Assembly: GCA_947458095.1 (NCBI GenBank) | Contig: CANGYO010000002.1 | Span: forward strand, 919-64,918 | Reading direction: 5' to 3' | Length of the DNA: 64,000 nucleotides | Source of the DNA: Vampirovibrionales bacterium | GTDB taxonomy: Bacteria; Cyanobacteriota; Vampirovibrionia; Vampirovibrionales; JAJTHC01 | Shown here: positions 8,768-16,679 of the stretch, piece after piece | How the letters are laid out: the number at the start of each line of letters is the position of its first letter | Numbering within the stretch: the stretch's first letter is position 1 | Made by a program: the position numbers and the translations under genes | Notes under the pieces: generated by a model | Databases searched by the model: none | Seen by the model: only the letters and a program-made list of their open reading frames with translations | What the model was told of the DNA's origin: nothing

Positions 8768-11473
8768 ATGAGTGAACATCAAGACGATTCTCTTCTGCAA
8801 GACTTTCTAAGCGAAAGTGCAGAACATCTTGAATCCATTGAGCCAGACCTATTAGCACTTGAAAAACAAGCCCCTCAAGTGAGTCAAGAAATCGTCAACC
8901 GCATTTTTAGAGCCATTCATAGTATTAAAGGGGCTTCGGGCTTCTTTGGCTTTGAACGTCTCAAGCAGGTGTCTCACCTTATGGAAAGCGTTTTGATGCG
9001 TGTGAGAGACGGCGTTTTGATCCCGCACCCTCATGTGGTGGAACCCTTGCTCATGGGCGTGGACTTGCTCAATGTTATGGTGGACGATATTCATCGTAGT
9101 GAAAACTTGGATACGTCTGCTTTAGAAGATGCCCTAAGACATTACAGTAAAGCCGACACCCCCTTTGTCGTAGGTTCAGAAGACTTTGCCTTGCCCAAGC
9201 CTAACCACAATACGGATGAATCAAGAGCCAGCCGTAACGTTGTAAATACAGCTCCAAGTTTTTATGTGGAAAGTGAACGTTTGGCAAATGCCAAACGCAT
9301 GGGTCAGTTTGTCTATGTAGCAACATTAGATACAAACCTACATTTGTTTGACATGCACCGCAGTTACGATGACTTTATTAATAATATAGAATCCATTGGT
9401 ACCGTTCTGGCAAGCACCGTTTCAGAACTCGAAAGCAATGCCCCCCCCCCCAGCTTTAATGTGCTGTTTTCAACCGTTTTAGAAAAAGATCTCGTACTTC
9501 ATGCCTTAGAATTAGAAGAAGCACAACTCGCCGACTATGAAGTGCCTATTGTCGATGAAAGCATCCACACCCCTCAGACGGATGCCCGATTTTACAATGA
9601 AACGCCTGAAGTCAAAGTGGAAGCGCCCGCAACTTCTACCACTGAAGTCAGTTATGACACCTTGCGTGTGCGTGTCGATTTGTTAAATACCCTGATGGAT
9701 TTTGCAGGCGAACTGGTATTGGCTCGTAACCAACTCATGCGTGCCGTACAATCCGACAAACAACTCAGCACAAAAAATGAAGCCTTCGCACAAGTACTCG
9801 ACAGCATCAACACCGTGACCAATCAGTTGCAAGATCATATCATGCAAACCCGTATGCAACCGATTGAAAATGTGTTTCGCCGTTTTCCTCGCATTGTGCG
9901 AGATCTTTCCAAACAATTGAACAAAAAAATACAGTTGCAAATGATCGGGCAAGACGTTGAGTTAGACAAAAGCATTTTAGAAGGCTTGAGCGATCCGCTA
10001 ACACACATGATTCGTAATGCGTGTGATCACGGGATTGAAGCTACTGAAAAGCGAAAAGCGTTAGGCAAACCCGTTTCTGGAACCATTACTTTGCACGCCT
10101 TCCATGAAGCAGGGCAGATTCACTTACGCATTGAAGACGACGGCAAAGGTATTGATACACAAGCCTTAGGACGTAAGGCGATTGCCAATGGCGTCATGAG
10201 CCAAGCCGAATTTGACGACTTAAGTCACCAAGAAAAGCTCAACCTTATTTTCCATGCAGGACTTTCCACCGCCGAAGCCGTCACCGATCTTTCAGGTCGT
10301 GGCGTCGGTATGGATGTGGTACGAGCGAACATCGAAGCCTTAGGCGGTCATGTGTATTTGGAATCCAGCTTAGGCAAAGGATCCGCCGTGGTCTTGCAAT
10401 TGCCGTTGACTTTGGCGATTATTCCTTGTTTGGTGGTAGGCGTGGGCGAAGAACGCTTTGCCGTGCCTCGTGTCAACTTGCTTGAACTGGTGCGTGTCAA
10501 AGCCAATGAAGTGCATCAACGTATTGAACGTATTGGGGAAGCGTCTGTCTTGCGTTTAAGAGGCAACTGGTTGCCTTTGGTCAAGCTAGCGGATGTACTG
10601 AATCTTCAACAACCCAACGACACCCGTCGGCACATTGAAGATGCCCGTTTTAGCGATCCTGTCAAAGTTGAGCAGATCCCTGAAATTAGACGCCAATCCC
10701 CTGAAAGCGATTATACTTTACTCGTGTTGAGCGTCGGCATGAATCAATACGGTTTAATCGTCGATGAAGCCTATGATATTGAAGATATTGTCGTGAAACC
10801 TTTGTCCACGCTCATCAAAAATGTGCGTGCTTTTAGTGGTACCACGATTATGGGCGACGGTTCAGTCGCCATGATCTGTGATGTCGTGGGAATTGCCACA
10901 CAAAGCGAACTCGATTTTAGTGGGGTACAAACAGAACAGTTGCGTCGTCAAGAACTAGAAAAACAACGTCAAGGAACCACGAACGTGGATGGGTTTGAGT
11001 TTGATGCCGCAGGCAATTTGTTGTCTCCCTTACTTGAAAAGCAATCGGTTCTGTTATTTCAGAATCAGCCACAAGAACCTTTTGCTATTCCGCTCGCCGA
11101 AGTTTTACGTTTAGAATATGTTCAATCGAAAAAAATTGAATCGGTGGGCAATCGTGAATTTGTGCGAGTGCATCATGAAACCATCTCTATTATTCGACTT
11201 GAACAGTATTTAAATGTTAGATCTTCCAACCAAGACGATGAGAACGGCTACCTAATTTTACCCTTAGCAGGTAAAGGAAAGGTGGGCATTTGGGTCACCG
11301 ATATTATCGACAGCCTTGAAGTCGACTATCGATTAGACACCGACTTGATTGAAGATCCTTGCCTATACGGTTCCGCCTTAATTCAAGACCATGTCACCCT
11401 GCTACTCAATGTGAACGCCCTGTTAAAACGTGCAGGGGTTGAAATACTCCCTAGTTTTGCAGGTTCTTTCTAA
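8768..11473 (+). CDS. cheA: chemotaxis histidine kinase CheA with two C-terminal CheW-like domains
   Basis: Hpt motif HSIKGASG, HATPase motifs DDGKGID and GRGVGMDVV, then two CheW-like segments. Good RBS (AAGGA). Confidence 0.95.
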   Translation: MSEHQDDSLLQDFLSESAEHLESIEPDLLALEKQAPQVSQEIVNRIFRAIHSIKGASGFFGFERLKQVSHLMESVLMRVRDGVLIPHPHVVEPLLMGVDLLNVMVDDIHRSENLDTSALEDALRHYSKADTPFVVGSEDFALPKPNHNTDESRASRNVVNTAPSFYVESERLANAKRMGQFVYVATLDTNLHLFDMHRSYDDFINNIESIGTVLASTVSELESNAPPPSFNVLFSTVLEKDLVLHALELEEAQLADYEVPIVDESIHTPQTDARFYNETPEVKVEAPATSTTEVSYDTLRVRVDLLNTLMDFAGELVLARNQLMRAVQSDKQLSTKNEAFAQVLDSINTVTNQLQDHIMQTRMQPIENVFRRFPRIVRDLSKQLNKKIQLQMIGQDVELDKSILEGLSDPLTHMIRNACDHGIEATEKRKALGKPVSGTITLHAFHEAGQIHLRIEDDGKGIDTQALGRKAIANGVMSQAEFDDLSHQEKLNLIFHAGLSTAEAVTDLSGRGVGMDVVRANIEALGGHVYLESSLGKGSAVVLQLPLTLAIIPCLVVGVGEERFAVPRVNLLELVRVKANEVHQRIERIGEASVLRLRGNWLPLVKLADVLNLQQPNDTRRHIEDARFSDPVKVEQIPEIRRQSPESDYTLLVLSVGMNQYGLIVDEAYDIEDIVVKPLSTLIKNVRAFSGTTIMGDGSVAMICDVVGIATQSELDFSGVQTEQLRRQELEKQRQGTTNVDGFEFDAAGNLLSPLLEKQSVLLFQNQPQEPFAIPLAEVLRLEYVQSKKIESVGNREFVRVHHETISIIRLEQYLNVRSSNQDDENGYLILPLAGKGKVGIWVTDIIDSLEVDYRLDTDLIEDPCLYGSALIQDHVTLLLNVNALLKRAGVEILPSFAGSF
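9441..9451 (+). repeat. C11 homopolymer inside cheA
   Basis: Read directly. Encodes A-P-P-P in the linker after the Hpt domain. Confidence 0.95.
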
Positions 11474-11513
11474 TGATTAACGCATTTTATAGTGAACAGG
11501 AAAATCTTCGTTT

Positions 11514-11990
11514 ATGCTAGAACAAAAACTCATTACCTTCAAATTTGGTGACATCATCTGTGGGATTCCTCTCCTAGACGTGCGAGAAATCATTCCTCAA
11601 ATGGAACATACCCCTGTGCCTTTGTCCGTGCCTTATGTGCAAGGGTTGATCAATCTACGTGGGCAAATTGTCACATTGGTGGATTTAACCAAAATCTTCA
11701 AGCAGGACTCTTTGACACTTCAGCACAGCAAATACAACATTCTTTTACGTAATGAAGCCTATGCACAAGAAGGGCTTTCACCCACCGATCGTATTGGCTT
11801 TAGTGTCGATGCCATTGGAGATGTCTTACCGTATTTTGAAGCTGATTTAGATGCACCACCTGCTAATCTCAATGAATTAGATTCTCGTTGGATTGAAGCG
11901 GTATTAAAACAACCTGAAGGGATTGTGACGATCCTGAACATGTCCAACATTTTAAAAGAAGCTTTACAAGCTTCTTTGACGACTGTTTAG
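11514..11990 (+). CDS. cheW: chemotaxis coupling protein CheW
   Basis: 158-aa single CheW-like domain (VPYVQGLINLRGQIVTLVDL), located within the che operon. Confidence 0.9.
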   Translation: MLEQKLITFKFGDIICGIPLLDVREIIPQMEHTPVPLSVPYVQGLINLRGQIVTLVDLTKIFKQDSLTLQHSKYNILLRNEAYAQEGLSPTDRIGFSVDAIGDVLPYFEADLDAPPANLNELDSRWIEAVLKQPEGIVTILNMSNILKEALQASLTTV

Positions 11991-12094
11991 TACAACGTAA
12001 CCGTGTTCTATGAAAAGAGGTCTATGTGTTGACTACACTTCCTTCATCATCTACTCATGTACGAACGTCGTCTCACAATATCGGGAGACAAGCC

Positions 12095-12682
12095 ATGCCG
12101 TCTCATTTTGAAGTCGTCGTCATCGGTATTTCAACAGGGGGACCTGTGGCGTTGACGGTTTTACTTGAAAAGTTGTCGCCCAACATCAAAGCCCCTATTG
12201 TGATTGTGCAACATATGCCAACTCATTTCACGGCATGGTTAGCCGAACGCCTGAATGAAGTCAGTCGTTTAAACGTGAAAGAAGCCGAAGACGGTGAAAA
12301 ACTTCAAGTGGGTACGGTGTACTTAGCACCTGGGGGCGTACACACAAAGTTTGAGCGTCAGCCGAAAACAGGTATTCATCTGGTTCTTAGTGATGAGGCT
12401 CCCGTGCGTTCTTGTCGCCCTTCGGTGGATGTGTTATTTCAATCGGCGAGTCAAACTTATAAGAACGGTGTACTTGCGGTTGTCATGACAGGCATGGGCA
12501 GGGACGGTTGCGATGGTCTTAGCCACTTAAAGCAACGAATTCCCACCTATTGCTTAACGCAAGAAGCCTCGTCCTGCGTGGTGTACGGCATGCCTAAAGC
12601 GGTGGTTGAAGCCCACATGAGCGATGAAGCTCATACGCTTGAAGGACTAGCCCACCGTATCAATGAACTTGCGAGTCAATAA
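12095..12682 (+). CDS. cheB: chemotaxis methylesterase CheB, catalytic domain only
   Basis: Motifs VVIGISTGGP, VIVQHMP and MTGMGRDG. ATG at 12095 has RBS GGGAGA; ORF track start 12026 (GTG) is the alternative. No receiver domain with either start. Confidence 0.85.
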   Translation: MPSHFEVVVIGISTGGPVALTVLLEKLSPNIKAPIVIVQHMPTHFTAWLAERLNEVSRLNVKEAEDGEKLQVGTVYLAPGGVHTKFERQPKTGIHLVLSDEAPVRSCRPSVDVLFQSASQTYKNGVLAVVMTGMGRDGCDGLSHLKQRIPTYCLTQEASSCVVYGMPKAVVEAHMSDEAHTLEGLAHRINELASQ

Positions 12683-12699
12683 AAGGATGTATTCCCCCT

Positions 12700-13569
12700 A
12701 TGTGTTCAGTCCTTAATGCCGATATTCACCCCATGACAGCGAGTGAATTACTTCAACTCTGTTTATTGGTTGAAGAACTTTGTGGTATTCAATTGGATGC
12801 CAGCAAACAATACCTTTTAGAAACACGTTTACTTAAAATGCTCATTGAATATAACTGTAGCAGTTACTCCGACTTTATTCACTTAATGAAAACCCCTGCT
12901 CAAGCCAAGCTTAGACCGCTTGTGATTGACGCGATGACCACCAAAGAAACCTTATGGTTTCGGGATGTGCATCCCTATGAAACGATTGCTGCCAACATTC
13001 TGCCTGATTTATTGAAGCAAAACCCTCAAGGAACCTTCAAGTTTTGGAGTGCCGCTTGCTCTACAGGTCAAGAACCCTATTCTTTAGCGATGCTGGTGCA
13101 TGAATATGCGGAAGCTCACCCTCAACTTGAAATTATTCCCAACCATCGAATCCAAATTTTAGGAACCGATGTCGCCTCTTCTTCCATTGCCCTTTCTAAA
13201 TTGGCTCGTTATGATATTTTAGCCATGGGGCGGGGCATTAGTCCTGAACGGAAGCAAAAGTTTTTTGAATCCCAAGGCAGAGTCCACGTCGTGCGAGACG
13301 AAGTCAAAGCTTTATGCGATTTCAAAATAGCCAACTTAAGTGAAGACTTAAGTGCTTCAATTGGCAGAAACTTTGATCTGATTTGCCTAAGAAACGTAGC
13401 GATTTACTTTAGTACCGAATTCAAGCAACTGCTGTTTAATCGTTTAGCCAAAATGCTTAAACCTAACGGTTACTTGATTTTAGGAGCCACTGAAAACTTG
13501 ACAGGTTTACAAACCCCTTTTACACCTCAAAGTATCGGCAAAACGACCGTTTTTAGACTTAGAGGTTAA
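12700..13569 (+). CDS. cheR: chemotaxis methyltransferase CheR
   Basis: SAM-binding motif FWSAACSTGQEPYSLAML; CheR-type N-terminal helical domain. Confidence 0.9.
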   Translation: MCSVLNADIHPMTASELLQLCLLVEELCGIQLDASKQYLLETRLLKMLIEYNCSSYSDFIHLMKTPAQAKLRPLVIDAMTTKETLWFRDVHPYETIAANILPDLLKQNPQGTFKFWSAACSTGQEPYSLAMLVHEYAEAHPQLEIIPNHRIQILGTDVASSSIALSKLARYDILAMGRGISPERKQKFFESQGRVHVVRDEVKALCDFKIANLSEDLSASIGRNFDLICLRNVAIYFSTEFKQLLFNRLAKMLKPNGYLILGATENLTGLQTPFTPQSIGKTTVFRLRG

Positions 13570-13599
13570 GCACTTTAATAAACACAAGGATTCTTCATT

Positions 13600-13989
13600 A
13601 TGCCTTACATTTTATCTGTTGACGATTCTCGTCTCATCCGAAAAATCATGACTGGCCCTATTCAAGCACTGGGTTATGACGTGCTTGAAGCTGCCGATGG
13701 CTTAGAATGTCTCGCTCAACTAAAAGTACATGGAAAGGATGTCGCCCTTGTTCTATTAGATTGTAATATGCCCAATTTAGATGGTTTCGAAACACTTAAG
13801 TCCATTAAGGCGGATCCTACCTTGTCTCACATTCCTGTCATGATGGTGACGACAGAAGGCGAACGTGAAAAAATGATTGTTACCATTAAAGCAGGTGCCT
13901 CTCAATACTTGACCAAACCCTTTACAGAAGACGAGTTGCTCACCAAAATGATGGAATGCCTCCCCCAAGAAAGTCTTTATTTTGGCTAG
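13600..13989 (+). CDS. cheY: CheY-like response regulator
   Basis: Stand-alone receiver domain: VDDS, LLDCNMP, TTEG, YLTKPF. Confidence 0.9.
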   Translation: MPYILSVDDSRLIRKIMTGPIQALGYDVLEAADGLECLAQLKVHGKDVALVLLDCNMPNLDGFETLKSIKADPTLSHIPVMMVTTEGEREKMIVTIKAGASQYLTKPFTEDELLTKMMECLPQESLYFG

Positions 13990-14068
13990 CTACCCAGTTT
14001 TTACAAAATGTAACAAAGTATAACAAGTCCTTTAGACTTTCCCAATTCCTGACGAATGTACCAGTACA

Positions 14069-14605
14069 ATGCACAAACAACCCCCAGTAAAAGTGAGTTT
14101 ACCCATGCAAACCCAATCTCGTAATGCGTTAGATGCAAAACTTGTACATAATCTTATGGATTCCGTCACCGATGTTTTAGGCATTATGGCCGGAACTTCT
14201 GTTACGTTACAGGATGTTAAACCTGTAAAAAGCTTCAAGTTTCAAGGTGATATTTCTAGTGTCATCGGTATTTCAGGGGAACATGGTGAAGGCCTTTTTG
14301 CCCTTTCCTTCAGTGAAATGTTGACGAAACTTATGGTCAGTCGCTTGCTCGGCATCCCCAAAGAAGACGTGCAACGTGAAGATATGATTGATGGAGTGGG
14401 TGAGCTGATTAACATGATTTCAGGTCGTACCAAAGTCGCCCTTTCTCAAGAAGACAACACCTTGTACAATCTTTCGTTGCCTAGTGTCGTTTTAGGTGAA
14501 GGCAATGAGCTGGAAACAGGTGATACCGAAATGTCTTATTTACTCCTGTCTTTCGATATTGAAGGTGAACTGTTTCACCTTCAAGTCAACTTTCAAACAT
14601 ACTAA
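14069..14605 (+). CDS. cheX: CheX/CheC-type chemotaxis phosphatase
   Basis: GELINMISG motif and operon context. The true start may be the internal ATG at 14105. Confidence 0.7.
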   Translation: MHKQPPVKVSLPMQTQSRNALDAKLVHNLMDSVTDVLGIMAGTSVTLQDVKPVKSFKFQGDISSVIGISGEHGEGLFALSFSEMLTKLMVSRLLGIPKEDVQREDMIDGVGELINMISGRTKVALSQEDNTLYNLSLPSVVLGEGNELETGDTEMSYLLLSFDIEGELFHLQVNFQTY

Positions 14606-14682
14606 GTACAATGTTCTCCTGTGTCGTTATAGGTCTCTTATAGGATTTTAGATCCCTCAATGTTTAGGTAAAGGTTATAATA

Positions 14683-15051
14683 ATGATGAATGTTTTAGTT
14701 GTAGATGATTCCGCCGTTATGCGTAAAGTAATTATTCGTGAATTAAAGCAATGTGGTATTGAAGACGTGACCGAAGCCACCGATGGCATTGAAGGCCTAG
14801 AAGCCGCTTCAAAAGAAAACTTTGAACTCATTTTAATGGACTGGAACATGCCTGGTTTATTAGGTATTGATGTCGTCCGTAAATTACGTGAAGCTCAAAT
14901 CACTACGCCCATTATGATGGTGACCACCGAAGGCGAACGCAGTAATGTGGTCATTGCCATTCAAGCGGGTGCCAATAACTACTTAGTTAAGCCCTTTAGT
15001 TCCGAAGACTTTTCTCAAAAAATCGAACAGCTTCAAGCCGTCAAAGCATAG
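14683..15051 (+). CDS. cheY: CheY-like response regulator
   Basis: Stand-alone receiver domain: VDDS, LMDWNMP, TTEG, YLVKPF. Confidence 0.9.
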   Translation: MMNVLVVDDSAVMRKVIIRELKQCGIEDVTEATDGIEGLEAASKENFELILMDWNMPGLLGIDVVRKLREAQITTPIMMVTTEGERSNVVIAIQAGANNYLVKPFSSEDFSQKIEQLQAVKA

Positions 15052-15164
15052 TTTTCGCTGAAGATGAAAAAGCCTTTAATGGGAGGGTGATTCAAGCACT
15101 CTCCTGTTTGTATGGAAAGCTTTTTTGGAGAGACTTTTCTATAAATGTGCTATACTATAAATAA

Positions 15165-15310
15165 TACCATTTAAACGAGTGAATAGCGTGTTAGGCTATT
15201 CTAGGAGCCTAGATTTTTTTGTGAGGGCGTGTACACAGACGTACATAACAGAACAAAAAAATCGTAGCGACAACGAAGAGACAACACGACATTTAATCGT
15301 TTAATTGGTA
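15165..15310. mobile_element. 146-bp TIR element (MITE-like), TAA target duplication
   Basis: TIRs TACCATTTAAACGA / TCGTTTAATTGGTA. Flanked by TAA at 15162-15164 and 15311-15313. No ORF inside. Confidence 0.85.
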
Positions 15311-15350
15311 TAAGGCTTTTCTTTCAACAATGAGCAGGAAACCACTTTGA

Positions 15351-16679
15351 ATGGACATCAACACCTCCCAAAGCCCTAAAAAACAGCAAGGTTCGCCTTA
15401 CTTACAGATAGTGTTTGACCCTGAAACGCCTCATGTGGAGCGTCCCTTGCCGTGGCAATTGTTAAGCGGTTTGGTGCAAGGGCTTTCGGTCATTGAACAA
15501 AACACCATTCAAGTGCGTACGCCTGAAGAAGCCCACCGCTTTTTAATGACCTATGGCTATGATTTAAGCGACACGCAAGACGCTCAACGGCTCAACCACT
15601 TGGTGCAAGAAGCCGTCAGTTTTATTGAAAACCGCTTGCTTGAAGCTGGGGAAGGCGAAACGGCGTTTGCGCGTTTGCACCTTCATGTGCCTGATCGCTT
15701 CTTGCAACAAACCAACATCGTGGACTTGCTCTGCTTGGCTTCTGCAGTGCCTCGCACGGATGAAAGCCGTTGGGCGTGTGCGGTTTTGAAAGTCGTGCAT
15801 ACCTTAACGCATATTGAACATGCCCCACGCTTGCAGATTATTGAACCCGCTCGTCACCAGATTTTAAAAGGCTATGGCGAAATTATGCGTTATGACCTTG
15901 AAAGCGAAAAAGTCGTGATTGGAAGAGCAGGCAGCGACAAACAACTCGCCTTGTACGGCTTAGAAATTAAGGAACAAAAAAGCCGAGAAAGCCTTCTCAT
16001 CAAACTTCTTTCCAAAAAAGAAAATAGCATTGAATTGATTGACGACTTTATTGGCATTCGCATTATTACCGAAAGCATTCCCGATGTCTTGGTGGCGTTG
16101 GATATTTTAATGGAATCGCAGTTGCTTGTGTTTAGCAATGTCAAGGCGGAACGTTCGCGAAATACGCTGATTGCCTTAGATGAATTTCAAAGCTTGTGGC
16201 AACAGCACCATCCGCAAGATTACCCATCGCTTCATTCAGAAAAACCAAGCCCGAACACGATTCTTCCTAGCTGGATGGATTTGCTCAACACGCTACAACA
16301 GCTCGATGCCAAGTTGCCTCACAATAGCTTTTCAAAGCACAACCCCAATAGCGACAATAATTACAGAGCCTTACACATTACCACTCGCCAGTTGATTAAA
16401 GTCCCTGCTCGTGGGGATGAAGGCGGTACTTTGCAACGGCTTTTCTTTCCTTATGAGATTCAATTCATCGACAAAGCCCATTACATTGCGAATCAAGAGG
16501 GTGATATTGCTCATAGTCGTTACAAACAGCGCCAGTTGCAACGGTGTCGTCGTCGTATTTTGGGGGATTTACTGCCTCGTCATTATGTGGAACAACACAG
16601 TCAAGACGAGGGGACTCGTTTAAAGCGTCCTTTTGAAAGTCAACCGCTCCATAAGCCTAGCCCTTTAGATTATATTTAA
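15351..16679 (+). CDS. divergent RelA/SpoT-synthetase-like (nucleotidyltransferase fold) protein
   Basis: Ordered motif matches to small alarmone synthetases: KEQKSRESLLIKL (RxKxxxSxxxK-like), DDFIGIRIIT (DIAGLRI-like), NYRALHITT (GYRSxH-like) and YEIQFID (EIQIRT-like). Confidence 0.55.
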   Translation: MDINTSQSPKKQQGSPYLQIVFDPETPHVERPLPWQLLSGLVQGLSVIEQNTIQVRTPEEAHRFLMTYGYDLSDTQDAQRLNHLVQEAVSFIENRLLEAGEGETAFARLHLHVPDRFLQQTNIVDLLCLASAVPRTDESRWACAVLKVVHTLTHIEHAPRLQIIEPARHQILKGYGEIMRYDLESEKVVIGRAGSDKQLALYGLEIKEQKSRESLLIKLLSKKENSIELIDDFIGIRIITESIPDVLVALDILMESQLLVFSNVKAERSRNTLIALDEFQSLWQQHHPQDYPSLHSEKPSPNTILPSWMDLLNTLQQLDAKLPHNSFSKHNPNSDNNYRALHITTRQLIKVPARGDEGGTLQRLFFPYEIQFIDKAHYIANQEGDIAHSRYKQRQLQRCRRRILGDLLPRHYVEQHSQDEGTRLKRPFESQPLHKPSPLDYI

